NCBI GenBank assembly: GCA_027021705.1
Contig: JALUTT010000164.1
Span: forward strand, 19,310 to 83,309
Origin: Anaerolineae bacterium
Lineage (GTDB): Bacteria; Chloroflexota; Anaerolineae; S140-20
Reading direction: 5' to 3'
DNA: 64,000 bases
In this document: piece by piece, positions 38,801 through 46,350 of the stretch
Numbering within the stretch: position 1 is the first letter of the stretch
Layout of the letters: each line of letters begins with the position of its first letter
Notes under the pieces: model-generated
Databases searched by the model: none
What the model was told of the DNA's origin: nothing
What the model saw: the letters and a program-made list of their open reading frames with translations, nothing else
Position numbers and translations under genes: made by a program

Positions 38801-40606
38801 TTCGGACGTCAGCACGCCGCCGTCGTTGCGGTAGAGCCGGTTGGATTGGCCGGCGAAGTCCGGTCGCCCGTTGCCCACCGCCAGGTCCAGGTCCCCATCG
38901 CCGTCGTAATCCCCCCAGGCAACGCTGCGGGTGGTGTCGGCCTCGTCGGAGGACCAGACCGCGCCGGTGGTCAGGACACCGTCGTCGTTGCGGTAGAGCC
39001 GGTTGGGCTGACCGTCGTTGCCCACGACCAGGTCCAGGTCCCCGTCGCCGTCGTAATCCCCCCAGGCGACGCTGCGGGTAGCGTCGGCCTCGTCGGAGGA
39101 CCAGACCGCGCCGGTGGTCAGAACGCCGCCGTCATTGCGGTAGAGCCGGTTGGGTTGGCCGTCGTTGCCTACGGCCAAGTCCAGGTCCCCGTCGCCGTCG
39201 TAATCCCCCCAGGCGACGCTGCGGGTAGCGTCGGCCTCGTCGGAGGACCAGACCGCGCCGGTGGTCAGGACACCGTCGTCATTGCGGTAGAGCCGGTTGG
39301 GCTGCCCATCGTTGCCCACGACCAGGTCCAGGTCCCCGTCACCGTCGTAATCCCCCCAGGCCAAGCCGGAAGAAGGCTCCTCCTCGGCCGAGGTCCAAAC
39401 CGGGCCGTCCAACACCACGCCGTCGTTGCGGTAGAGCCGGTTGGGCTGATTGAGGTTTCCTACCGCGATGTCCAAGTCTCCATCGTTATCGTAGTCCCCC
39501 CAGGCCACCCCTATCGTGTAGTCCACCTCGGCTGAGGTCCAGATGGCCTCGGCCGTCAACACACCACCGTCGTTGCGATAGATTCGGTTGGGCACCCCCC
39601 CGTGGGAACCGCCTCCCGTCAGCAGGTCCAGATCACCATCAGCATCGTAGTCCCCCCAGGCCACGCTCCAGATCAGATCCTGCTCGACAGAAGACCAGAC
39701 GGCCCCGGTCGTCAGCATCCCACCGTCGTTGCGGTAGAGCCGATGGGGGGCCAGGCCGTTGCCGGCGACCAGGTCCAGGTCCCCGTCGCCGTCGTAGTCC
39801 CCCCAGCCGGCGTCGGTCGTGGGGTCCGACTCATCCGAGGACCAGACGGCGCTGGCCGTTAGCACACCGCCATCGTTGCGGTGGAGTTCGTTCACGCCGT
39901 TGCGCCCTACGGCCAGGTCCAGGTCTCCATCGTTGTCGTAGTCGCCCCAGAGCACGACGGACACGGGGTCCACGTCTGCCGAGGACCAGACCGCGCCGGT
40001 CGTCAAGGTTCCCCCATCGTTGCGATAGAGCTGGATCGGCTGTCCCCCGTTCCCGACGGCCAGGTCCAGGTCCCCGTCGCCGTCGTAGTCCCCCCAGGCA
40101 ACGCTGCGGGTGGTGTCGGCCTCCTCGGAGGACCAGACCGCGCCAGTGGTCAGGACGCCGCCGTCGTTGCGGTAGAGCCGGTTAGGCTGACCCTCGTTGC
40201 CCACCGCCAGGTCTAGGTCCCCGTCGCCGTCGTAATCCCCCCAGGCAACGCTGCGGGTGGTGTCGGCCTCCTCGGAGGTCCAAACGGCCACCGTGGTCAG
40301 CACGCCATGATCGTTGCGGTACAGGTGGTTGGGGCCGTTGTTGCCCACGACCAGGTCCAGGTCTCCGTCGTTGTCGTAGTCCCCCCAGGCTATGCTCCTG
40401 GTCACGGCCGCCTCTGTGGACACCCAGGCCGACGTGAAGGCAGGCGGGTCGGTCTGGGCCGCAAGGCGCCGATGGGGAGACAACAAGGGCAGAAGAAGGA
40501 TCGAGAGGGTGAGCCAGAGGCCAACGTTCCTCCGGCGATTGCCTTCAGAGGTGATGGCCGGCGGGGTGGCCGGTCTACTGCCGGATGAGAGAGGTCTATC
40601 GGACAT
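35879..40606 (-). CDS. Secreted FG-GAP/VCBS-repeat protein (14 repeats) with a CLCA-like Zn-metalloprotease domain, a GAIN/ZU5-like domain and an LFLPLLLK tail
   Basis: 14 x WGDYDxDGDLD; HEFGHYALYLYDEY; signal peptide. Confidence 0.85.
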   Translation of the reverse strand: MSDRPLSSGSRPATPPAITSEGNRRRNVGLWLTLSILLLPLLSPHRRLAAQTDPPAFTSAWVSTEAAVTRSIAWGDYDNDGDLDLVVGNNGPNHLYRNDHGVLTTVAVWTSEEADTTRSVAWGDYDGDGDLDLAVGNEGQPNRLYRNDGGVLTTGAVWSSEEADTTRSVAWGDYDGDGDLDLAVGNGGQPIQLYRNDGGTLTTGAVWSSADVDPVSVVLWGDYDNDGDLDLAVGRNGVNELHRNDGGVLTASAVWSSDESDPTTDAGWGDYDGDGDLDLVAGNGLAPHRLYRNDGGMLTTGAVWSSVEQDLIWSVAWGDYDADGDLDLLTGGGSHGGVPNRIYRNDGGVLTAEAIWTSAEVDYTIGVAWGDYDNDGDLDIAVGNLNQPNRLYRNDGVVLDGPVWTSAEEEPSSGLAWGDYDGDGDLDLVVGNDGQPNRLYRNDDGVLTTGAVWSSDEADATRSVAWGDYDGDGDLDLAVGNDGQPNRLYRNDGGVLTTGAVWSSDEADATRSVAWGDYDGDGDLDLVVGNDGQPNRLYRNDDGVLTTGAVWSSDEADTTRSVAWGDYDGDGDLDLAVGNGRPDFAGQSNRLYRNDGGVLTSEAVWSSAEEDNTTSLSWGDYDGDGDLDLAVGNGTATGQPNRLYRNDDGVLTTSAVWSSDESDRTSALAWGDYDGDGDLDLVAGNHRQPNRLYRNDGGVLATEAVWSSAEADSTPGLAWGDYDGDGDLDLAVSSVSRNLLYRNPRRTPAPSVNDPPYVVIPRPGPTHDAPLAPTPHIITQTQVSILYTLFDPEGDPVARIFPEFSPNGGGAWFPATPGPGGDGTTALSASPEGTSHLFVWDAGADLIKSDNVVFRIRAQPGYRLGPILWPAQDGKSPPFRVAAPWFIRVVDEGGNPVAGATVYADGEAVGTTDRAGLLNAGPLDMGTTLVALALQAEQPTARAGHGGWAYRVYRTSLIWDTDGSARPFVVSGSGEQRLVLRESHPLILFNLLVSIEWDATQAYLDEIARAVRYASDYLYDLTDGQMALGQVALYDDGAYWAEADVQVATKNVVRPHAYVGGITSDDRSHVIRIGRGWDGHSSNQGAWDRPEGYRTLAHEFGHYALYLYDEYFAYLFDQDGNLIGEVPASCTGPENRNPATDATNASAMDYHYTSSELAMRGVPGLWSDRCENTAQWQLRGESDWETLGRMYGDVQDPPRWRLATPADRGGVVAGPEGMPSSLPAWPLVQVHQEGPSPPPRQLTVYGPQGPYWGAIVALYKQDGRVIGQGFTDGNGRLAVYGAIAGDTLRAASFDGGLAGSVTVGTAMTLNLTMAPVTGSAVQSTGSIPHLRVVAEPGQDPDRIDLLIFLLGFGPDADPTVVITEPGGETGYVPTLAYSPATGIYSGAVSLEATARGMGRIRAVGSVGERLVWLQATYRLHRVTGDRSWDLYANDGNLSLHLASGSLPGDGAYVVITPPGAVPGPPPQGLVPVGHPYDITASGALASLERPAVLKLHYDDALITSSVRPEALGLYRWDPVRQTWVEVPAHLDEGQQAVVAPVTALGTYLLLASPGSGGEPFQHVLFLPLLLKEGGR

Positions 40607-40627
40607 CGGCGGTCTCCCTTCTTGCGC

Positions 40628-41911
40628 TCACCGGAGCACCACCGGCAGGTAGACCTGGTACGCTGCCACCTGCCAGCTCAGTTCCCAGAGGTCGAGGCGC
40701 GGTGTCGCGCCGGCCACCGTTGAGGAGAACGTAGCCCGTAGCCGGAGGGCAGGGTATTGGTGAGGATCGAGATGGCTAAGGTGGGTCCTGCTGACAACGT
40801 GGGTCAACAGCACCGTGCCGTTCAGGTCCAAGAGGTCCACCGTCAGCGTCGCGGTGGGAGGGCTCACCACGGCGGTGAAAGTCAAGCTCCCCCAGGCGGC
40901 TATCGCCATCGAGGGGGTGATGGGCTGCGAGAGGATGGTTCCCTCCCCCGGCGTGTTCGCCAGGACCACCCCCTGCTCGTCTGGAGATCCGCCGAGGGTC
41001 ACGTTGGCGCTCCCCGCCGGGTCAAGACCGCTGAAATCGTCGAAGTCGTCCCGCCACACCGGGGTGCTCATCAGAGCGTAGGTGGTGAAGCGCGACGTGG
41101 CGACTGTGAGATAGCGCTGCGCGGAGAAGAGCCGCCCTCCCAACCTCTCCCAGCGTCGGTGGAAGGCATCCCAGGCGAAGATGGCCAAGGTATGCGGGTC
41201 GGCGCCGGCCAACGTTGTCTCGTCGTAGTAAAACCGCAAGTCCATCGGCCTGTTGGTCACGAGGAGGGCACCGGCAGCCCGCACACTGTAGGGGCTGCCC
41301 ACAAGGCGGTGGCCGGGAGGAGGCGGACCGGGAGGCGCGAAACCGGGCACGATGACCACGTAGGTATCGGCAGGAAGGGTATCCGTGCCGACCAGGGTCA
41401 GTTGCAGGTTGCCATCCACGGAACGGATCGTCTGGAGGGTCGAGGCAGGCACGTAAGCCCGGTAGAAGTCCACCGTCCCCGTATCCAGGCCCGTCGTCGT
41501 GGTGATGCTCAGCGGTCCCGAGGCCCCGGTTCCCGGCGTGAAGCCCGGCGCCGTCGTGGTGTAGAGCTGGTCGGTATCCGAGTAGACCATCGTGTACGAA
41601 TCCTTGTCGTGGCCGGGACCGATGCCCACGTTAAGGAATACATCCCCATCCAGCTTCCCCACGCCTCCCGCCTTGATGAAAAGCGCCGTCCCATCCTGGC
41701 TGGGCACAACGTCGAGGAAGGGAGCGAGGGCAGATGCTTGCTGCTTCAAAGGAGGGGCACCACCTGTCGGTTCCGGGGCCGGCACCTGCCCGGCCACTGG
41801 CCTGACCGCGCTTTTGGCGGTAGAATAGAGGGTAGCCCCGGTCATCAAGAGGAGGCCGAGCAACAAGGTGATCAACCGCGTGTAACCGTTGGGACGATGC
41901 TTAGAGATCAT
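40628..41911 (-). CDS. Secreted protein sharing a ~220-aa module with the C-terminus of the downstream FG-GAP protein; VYLPVVLR tail
   Basis: ATG 41911 follows AGGAG; signal peptide; DGNLQL...YVVI.P...PGPPP.G...VG.PY is shared with 35879..40606. Confidence 0.8.
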   Translation of the reverse strand: MISKHRPNGYTRLITLLLGLLLMTGATLYSTAKSAVRPVAGQVPAPEPTGGAPPLKQQASALAPFLDVVPSQDGTALFIKAGGVGKLDGDVFLNVGIGPGHDKDSYTMVYSDTDQLYTTTAPGFTPGTGASGPLSITTTTGLDTGTVDFYRAYVPASTLQTIRSVDGNLQLTLVGTDTLPADTYVVIVPGFAPPGPPPPGHRLVGSPYSVRAAGALLVTNRPMDLRFYYDETTLAGADPHTLAIFAWDAFHRRWERLGGRLFSAQRYLTVATSRFTTYALMSTPVWRDDFDDFSGLDPAGSANVTLGGSPDEQGVVLANTPGEGTILSQPITPSMAIAAWGSLTFTAVVSPPTATLTVDLLDLNGTVLLTHVVSRTHLSHLDPHQYPALRLRATFSSTVAGATPRLDLWELSWQVAAYQVYLPVVLR

Positions 41912-42000
41912 CTTTCTACTCCTACGGGGATGACGACCGTTCCTCACCCCTTTCCCCGGCCGGGGCGCGTCCTGAGCCATCCATAGGAGAGGACACGCCG

Positions 42001-44346
42001 ATGCCAACCCCAGCAGAGGAACCAGGACGAGGCCTGATCAACGCCTTCTTCACCGCTCTTAACACCCGCCACTTGGATCGGTGTGAGGCCGCTTTAGACC
42101 AACTCGAAGCTTTGGCCCGTCATCAGCCGGCCTATGCCCCTTGGTGCACCTACCTCCGAGGCATCCTGATCAACGAACGGGACTGCGACTGGGCCGAGGC
42201 CGAGGCGATCTTCAGCCGTCTATTGGAGACAGACCTGGAGCCTGCGTTGCACGGTCGGGTGCTCCTGGCTCTGGGGCGGTCGTACCAGTACCAAGGCCGT
42301 TGGCAGGAAGCCCTCCACACCTATGAAGCTGCCGTTTCCCTCTTCATCGAGCTCAACCGACCTGTTGACCAAGCTAAGGCGTGGAAACAGATGGCGATTT
42401 GCTGCCGACGCGGGTTCACTCAGGGCGACTTCAACGCGGCTGCCCTGGACCAAGGGATCACCTACTGTCGGCGGGCTTTGGACCTGCTGGAGGCCATTGA
42501 AGCGCCTTCACCGAGCGTGGTCTGGCTGATCGGTTCCGTGTGGAACACCCTGGGGCTCATCCACCGGAGCCTGCGCCAATGGGATGAGGCCATCGCCTGC
42601 TATCAACGGGACCTGGCCCTCTGCCGCTCTCTAGGCGACCGCCTGGGCGAAGGACTCTCTTACGGCAACCTGGGCGAGGTCTACCAGAGGCGTGGGCCGG
42701 ATACTTGGCCCCAGGCTCTGGATGCCTACCGGCAGGCCCTGGCAATCATCCGAGAGTTCGATGATCGCTACGAAGAGATTGAAGTCCTGGCCAATCTAGG
42801 CTCCCTGCACCGGGAAATGGGGAAGCCGGTACGGGCCTTGGAGCACTATGACCGGGCCATCGGCCTGATTGAAGCGCTGCGGGCTGGTGCTTCATCGGAG
42901 GAAGCCCGCGCCGGGTTTCTGGCGACAACGGTAGATGTCTACGCCAACACCGTGTTGCTCTGCCTAGAGATGGAGCGAGGTGATCAGGCTTTCGATTACG
43001 GGGAACGGGCCCGGTCACGGGCTTTCCTCGACGTCCTGGTGTCTCACTCGCCGGCCCTCGCCCGCCGGATGGTGGCGGTGCCGACAACGCTGGCCCAGGT
43101 CCAGGCAGCCCTCCCCCCCGATGCCTTGCTGTTGGAGTACTTTACCACCGGTCTGGTGGAAGCCCAGGATCGCCGGCCGGCCTCGTCCCATCGCCAGGTC
43201 TACCGCCACCGCTTCCCCCCGGCCCGGACGCTGATCTTCGCCATCACCCGACAGGGCTTCTGGGTCCACGACACGGGCCTCTCTCCCAACGACCTGCTTC
43301 CCCGCCGGCTCGACAGCGTCGTAGAGCGGCATTTCTTGAAGCCAGAACTCCGGCGTCGGCTATACGATCATCTCATCGCTCCGGTGGAACCGCTCCTCCG
43401 AGGCCGGCGTCGGCTCTACCTGGTCCCCCACGGTCCCCTCCACTACATCCCCTTCCAGGCTCTCATCGCTCCCGACGGAGATACGCTACTGCGGGAAGGA
43501 GGTCCCTCGTTCGTCTACGCCCCCAGCGCGACCTTTCTCCTCCATAGCCGGCAGCGAACGGAAGGAGCCGCGCCTGCCCCTCTCTTGGCACTGGGCTACA
43601 ATGGACAGGACCGGATGGCCCTGCGCTTTGCAGAAGCGGAAGCCCAGCGTGTTGCCCAGGTCACCGGAGGGCGAGCTCTGATCGGCCCTACGCCCAAGAA
43701 GGCAATCCTCTATCGGGAAGCAGCCGGTCACCAGGTGCTCCACATCTCCTGCCACGGTGAGTTCGACCCCGATCTCCCCCTGGCCTCTGCCCTCTACCTA
43801 GGCCCCGGAGAGACCCTGACGGCGATGGAAGTGCTAGAGCACCTTCGTCTGCGCTGTGATTTGGTGGTTCTGAGCGCCTGTGAGAGCGGTCTCAGTCGGG
43901 TGCGCCGGGGAGATGAGTTGATCGGCCTGACGCGGGCCTTTTTCTACGCAGGCACTTCGGCATTGCTTTCCACCCTGTGGCGAGTGGACGAACGCTCAAC
44001 CCTGATCCTGATGGAGCAGTTCTACCAGGGCCTGCAGGCCGGGCTGGGCTTTGCCGACGCTCTCAGCCGGGCTCAGCTCTACCTGAAGAGCCTGTCCCGG
44101 CGCGAAGCTTCGAAGCTCCTAGAGCGCTTCCTGCTGGAGGACTCCGCCTCAGCTTGGCCGACCCTTTTCGAGGTCTTGCGCCGGCCCCAGACCCATCCCA
44201 AGGGATGGGCAGAATCGGCGATGGACGAGCAGACCGGGCTGGGATGGGCGAGGAGGCACGAGGAACGCCCCTTTGCCGATCCGTACCACTGGGCTCCTTT
44301 CATCCTTACAGGAGATCGCACCCTGTTAGGAGTAGAGGTGAGGTGA
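42001..44346 (+). CDS. TPR + CHAT (caspase HetF associated with TPRs) cysteine protease
   Basis: N-terminal TPRs; ERARSRAFLD; LVPHGPLHYIPF; catalytic HISCHG and VLSACESG; PYHWAPFIL. Confidence 0.92.
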   Translation: MPTPAEEPGRGLINAFFTALNTRHLDRCEAALDQLEALARHQPAYAPWCTYLRGILINERDCDWAEAEAIFSRLLETDLEPALHGRVLLALGRSYQYQGRWQEALHTYEAAVSLFIELNRPVDQAKAWKQMAICCRRGFTQGDFNAAALDQGITYCRRALDLLEAIEAPSPSVVWLIGSVWNTLGLIHRSLRQWDEAIACYQRDLALCRSLGDRLGEGLSYGNLGEVYQRRGPDTWPQALDAYRQALAIIREFDDRYEEIEVLANLGSLHREMGKPVRALEHYDRAIGLIEALRAGASSEEARAGFLATTVDVYANTVLLCLEMERGDQAFDYGERARSRAFLDVLVSHSPALARRMVAVPTTLAQVQAALPPDALLLEYFTTGLVEAQDRRPASSHRQVYRHRFPPARTLIFAITRQGFWVHDTGLSPNDLLPRRLDSVVERHFLKPELRRRLYDHLIAPVEPLLRGRRRLYLVPHGPLHYIPFQALIAPDGDTLLREGGPSFVYAPSATFLLHSRQRTEGAAPAPLLALGYNGQDRMALRFAEAEAQRVAQVTGGRALIGPTPKKAILYREAAGHQVLHISCHGEFDPDLPLASALYLGPGETLTAMEVLEHLRLRCDLVVLSACESGLSRVRRGDELIGLTRAFFYAGTSALLSTLWRVDERSTLILMEQFYQGLQAGLGFADALSRAQLYLKSLSRREASKLLERFLLEDSASAWPTLFEVLRRPQTHPKGWAESAMDEQTGLGWARRHEERPFADPYHWAPFILTGDRTLLGVEVR

Positions 44347-44475
44347 GGTTGACAGAAGGGATGGGGGCTACTGTGATCCCACGCTCCGCGCGGGGACTTT
44401 CCCGTTCTCTAGCTGAAGAGGAGAAGATGGACAGTGGATCCCCAATCCTTACTCTTACGGTAACCACCGCGAGAG

Positions 44476-45315
44476 TCAGGACCGGGGTGTGATCTCGAGG
44501 GCAAGATAGGCCAAGTCGTCTCTGAGGACCCGCTCGAAAAGCACCAGGCCGAAAGCGTCGGTCTGTCGAATTCCTAGAATCGTTTTCCCCCGCCTAAGAG
44601 CCACCGTTGTACCTGCCAGATAAGGCCATCCCCCTTTGCTGGGAATGTTGACCTCGACGGTCAGTGTGCAGTAAGCCGAATCAGCCTGTTCTGCCTCGGC
44701 TGTGACCGTGACTTCCATATCCTCAACAGCCTCTTTCAGGGAAAACTGCCACAGGATGTTGGGGGCCCTGTTGGACTTCAGGCCGGCAGCGTAAGCTGGC
44801 TGATAGGCCGATGACTGCAAAGCGCGAAGCAGTTCCGACGAAAACTCGATGACCAAGCGTCCCAGAGCATCTTGATACCAAGCTCTGCCGCCCTCTGGAG
44901 GTTCCTTGGTCAACTCCGCTTGGAGAAAGGGCAGTTTGGGCTCTGGGTAATGGGGAGGCTCCCTCTCCTCCTCGCCGTAAGCCAAATCGAGCATCTCTAG
45001 GAGCGCTACGTATTCCGCCGAGCAGTAAGGGCAGGTCTCCAGGTGAACTGCAACCGGATGCCACCGGGCTTCCTCTGCCTGTCCCCTCGTCTCCGCCTGA
45101 AGGTACTCGGGCAACAGTGCCTGACATGCCTGACAAGTCAACAGGTCTTCCTCATCCATCGCCAGGGCTCGGAGAAACTGTTCCATTCTACGCTCGCAGC
45201 GGGGACAAGTGCTTACGTGGTGGACAATGGCATCCAGCACAGTAGGATCACGGTTCGGATCTTTCAAGTAGGTCAGTAGCCCTTCGATGACTGTACGGCA
45301 TCCTGCCGTCTGCAT
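44476..45315 (-). CDS. Soluble anti-sigma factor-like protein with two zf-HC2 (ZAS) motifs and a C-terminal beta-sandwich
   Basis: HVSTCPRC and CQACQALLPEYL...HLETCPYC; no TM segment; directly downstream of an ECF sigma gene. Confidence 0.8.
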   Translation of the reverse strand: MQTAGCRTVIEGLLTYLKDPNRDPTVLDAIVHHVSTCPRCERRMEQFLRALAMDEEDLLTCQACQALLPEYLQAETRGQAEEARWHPVAVHLETCPYCSAEYVALLEMLDLAYGEEEREPPHYPEPKLPFLQAELTKEPPEGGRAWYQDALGRLVIEFSSELLRALQSSAYQPAYAAGLKSNRAPNILWQFSLKEAVEDMEVTVTAEAEQADSAYCTLTVEVNIPSKGGWPYLAGTTVALRRGKTILGIRQTDAFGLVLFERVLRDDLAYLALEITPRS

Positions 45316-45338
45316 AGACTTTCCCCTTCGTCACAAGT

Positions 45339-45367
45339 AAAGAGTAAGCTAACCCTGGAATATTACA
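45339..45367 (-). promoter_or_regulatory. Predicted ECF promoter TGTAAT-N17-CTCTTT upstream of the anti-sigma gene
   Basis: Minus strand reads tgtaat-attccagggttagctta-ctcttt, 23 nt before ATG 45315. Confidence 0.65.
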
Positions 45368-45388
45368 ACGCAAGGATGGGTATTGCGT

Positions 45389-46117
45389 TCACAATGCTCC
45401 TGGCGCAAAATACTCCCTTAACGCCTTGTCCTCTCGCAGTCGTGCGATGCCCCGATGCCGAAGCACCCGGACATGGCCGGCTGTGATCCCCAGTCGGTCT
45501 CCAATCGCCTCATCGCTCAGCCCGCCGAAGAATTTCAGCACGATCACCTCTCGCTGCCGTTCATCGGGCAAGCGATGAAGAGCCTCGATCAGGACCTGCG
45601 CTCGTTCTCGCCGATCCAGACTGGCAGATGGAGACGGAACACCGCCTTCGGCAATGGGCTCCAGTGCGGAGCTGTGATCTCTTGCCCGCTGCTCCTGCTG
45701 GAAAGCATGGCGCAACTTGTTCAGGGCGAAAGCCAGGAATGCGCCAGGACTCCGGCAACGGTCTATCTGCTCGTAAATAAGGACCAGAGCCCGTTGGGTC
45801 ACGTCCTCGGCCAACTCCGGCCACCGGTTGTAGGCAACCCGGAACAAGAAGCGGAACAATTCGCGGTATCCCTGCTCCCGTCGGTCCGGCCTTTCCGCCT
45901 GCAGGCAAGCCTCATAGAGCACAAGGGTGTACTGATGTTTGACCAGCCGTTTCAGCTCGGTCGGCGATGCGACCGATGAAGCGGAGTCAAGCACCCTCTC
46001 CACCAGGACATCGGCGGGCAGCAAGCGCCAGCCGTACTGCGCCATCAAATCCTGCACAATGCCCAGGCAGGTCTGATAGGCGGTCACCTCCCCTGTTAAG
46101 CCCGTCTCGCGCCTCAT
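45389..46117 (-). CDS. ECF-type sigma-70 factor with an N-terminal extension
   Basis: Region 2 LAEDVTQRALVLIY..F; region 4 LPDERQREVIVLKFFGGLSDEAIGDRLGITAGHVRVLRHRG; ATG 46117 follows GAGGAGG. Confidence 0.9.
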   Translation of the reverse strand: MRRETGLTGEVTAYQTCLGIVQDLMAQYGWRLLPADVLVERVLDSASSVASPTELKRLVKHQYTLVLYEACLQAERPDRREQGYRELFRFLFRVAYNRWPELAEDVTQRALVLIYEQIDRCRSPGAFLAFALNKLRHAFQQEQRARDHSSALEPIAEGGVPSPSASLDRRERAQVLIEALHRLPDERQREVIVLKFFGGLSDEAIGDRLGITAGHVRVLRHRGIARLREDKALREYFAPGAL

Positions 46118-46144
46118 TCCCCCCTCCTCAACGGTGGCTGTTCT

Positions 46145-46153
46145 ATTATAGCA
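46145..46153 (-). promoter_or_regulatory. Extended -10 (TGCTATAAT) housekeeping promoter for the ECF sigma gene
   Basis: Plus strand attatagca, 28 nt upstream of the start codon. Confidence 0.65.
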
Positions 46154-46213
46154 CACTTGTGGGGTAGTTGGAAGCCCCCAATGGCCCCCTGCAGAAGACC
46201 ATCTCCGAATCTC

Positions 46214-46242
46214 CGTAACATCTCCCCAGGGAGAGGCTCTTT
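46214..46242 (+). promoter_or_regulatory. Predicted ECF promoter CGTAAC-N17-CTCTTT, divergent from the sigma gene
   Basis: cgtaac-atctccccagggagagg-ctcttt. Confidence 0.65.
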
Positions 46243-46350
46243 CTTAGCGGAGAAGCTTCAGTATAGACCCTGGAAGCGGCCAGGGCGTTCCCTGGAACCC
46301 ACTACCTTAGCGGGTTCCTCACCGGCTGTCTGACTCATATTACCACAGAA

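Noticed and set aside
41881..41915. TGTAAC upstream of the CHAT gene as a fourth ECF promoter
   Set aside because: The hexamer at 17-nt spacing is GAGATC, not CTCTTT, and the site lies inside a coding region.
44361..44492. Small ORF (MGATVIPR...) after the CHAT gene as a peptide substrate
   Set aside because: It has no recognisable features and overlaps the 3' end of the anti-sigma gene; it cannot be supported without conservation data.
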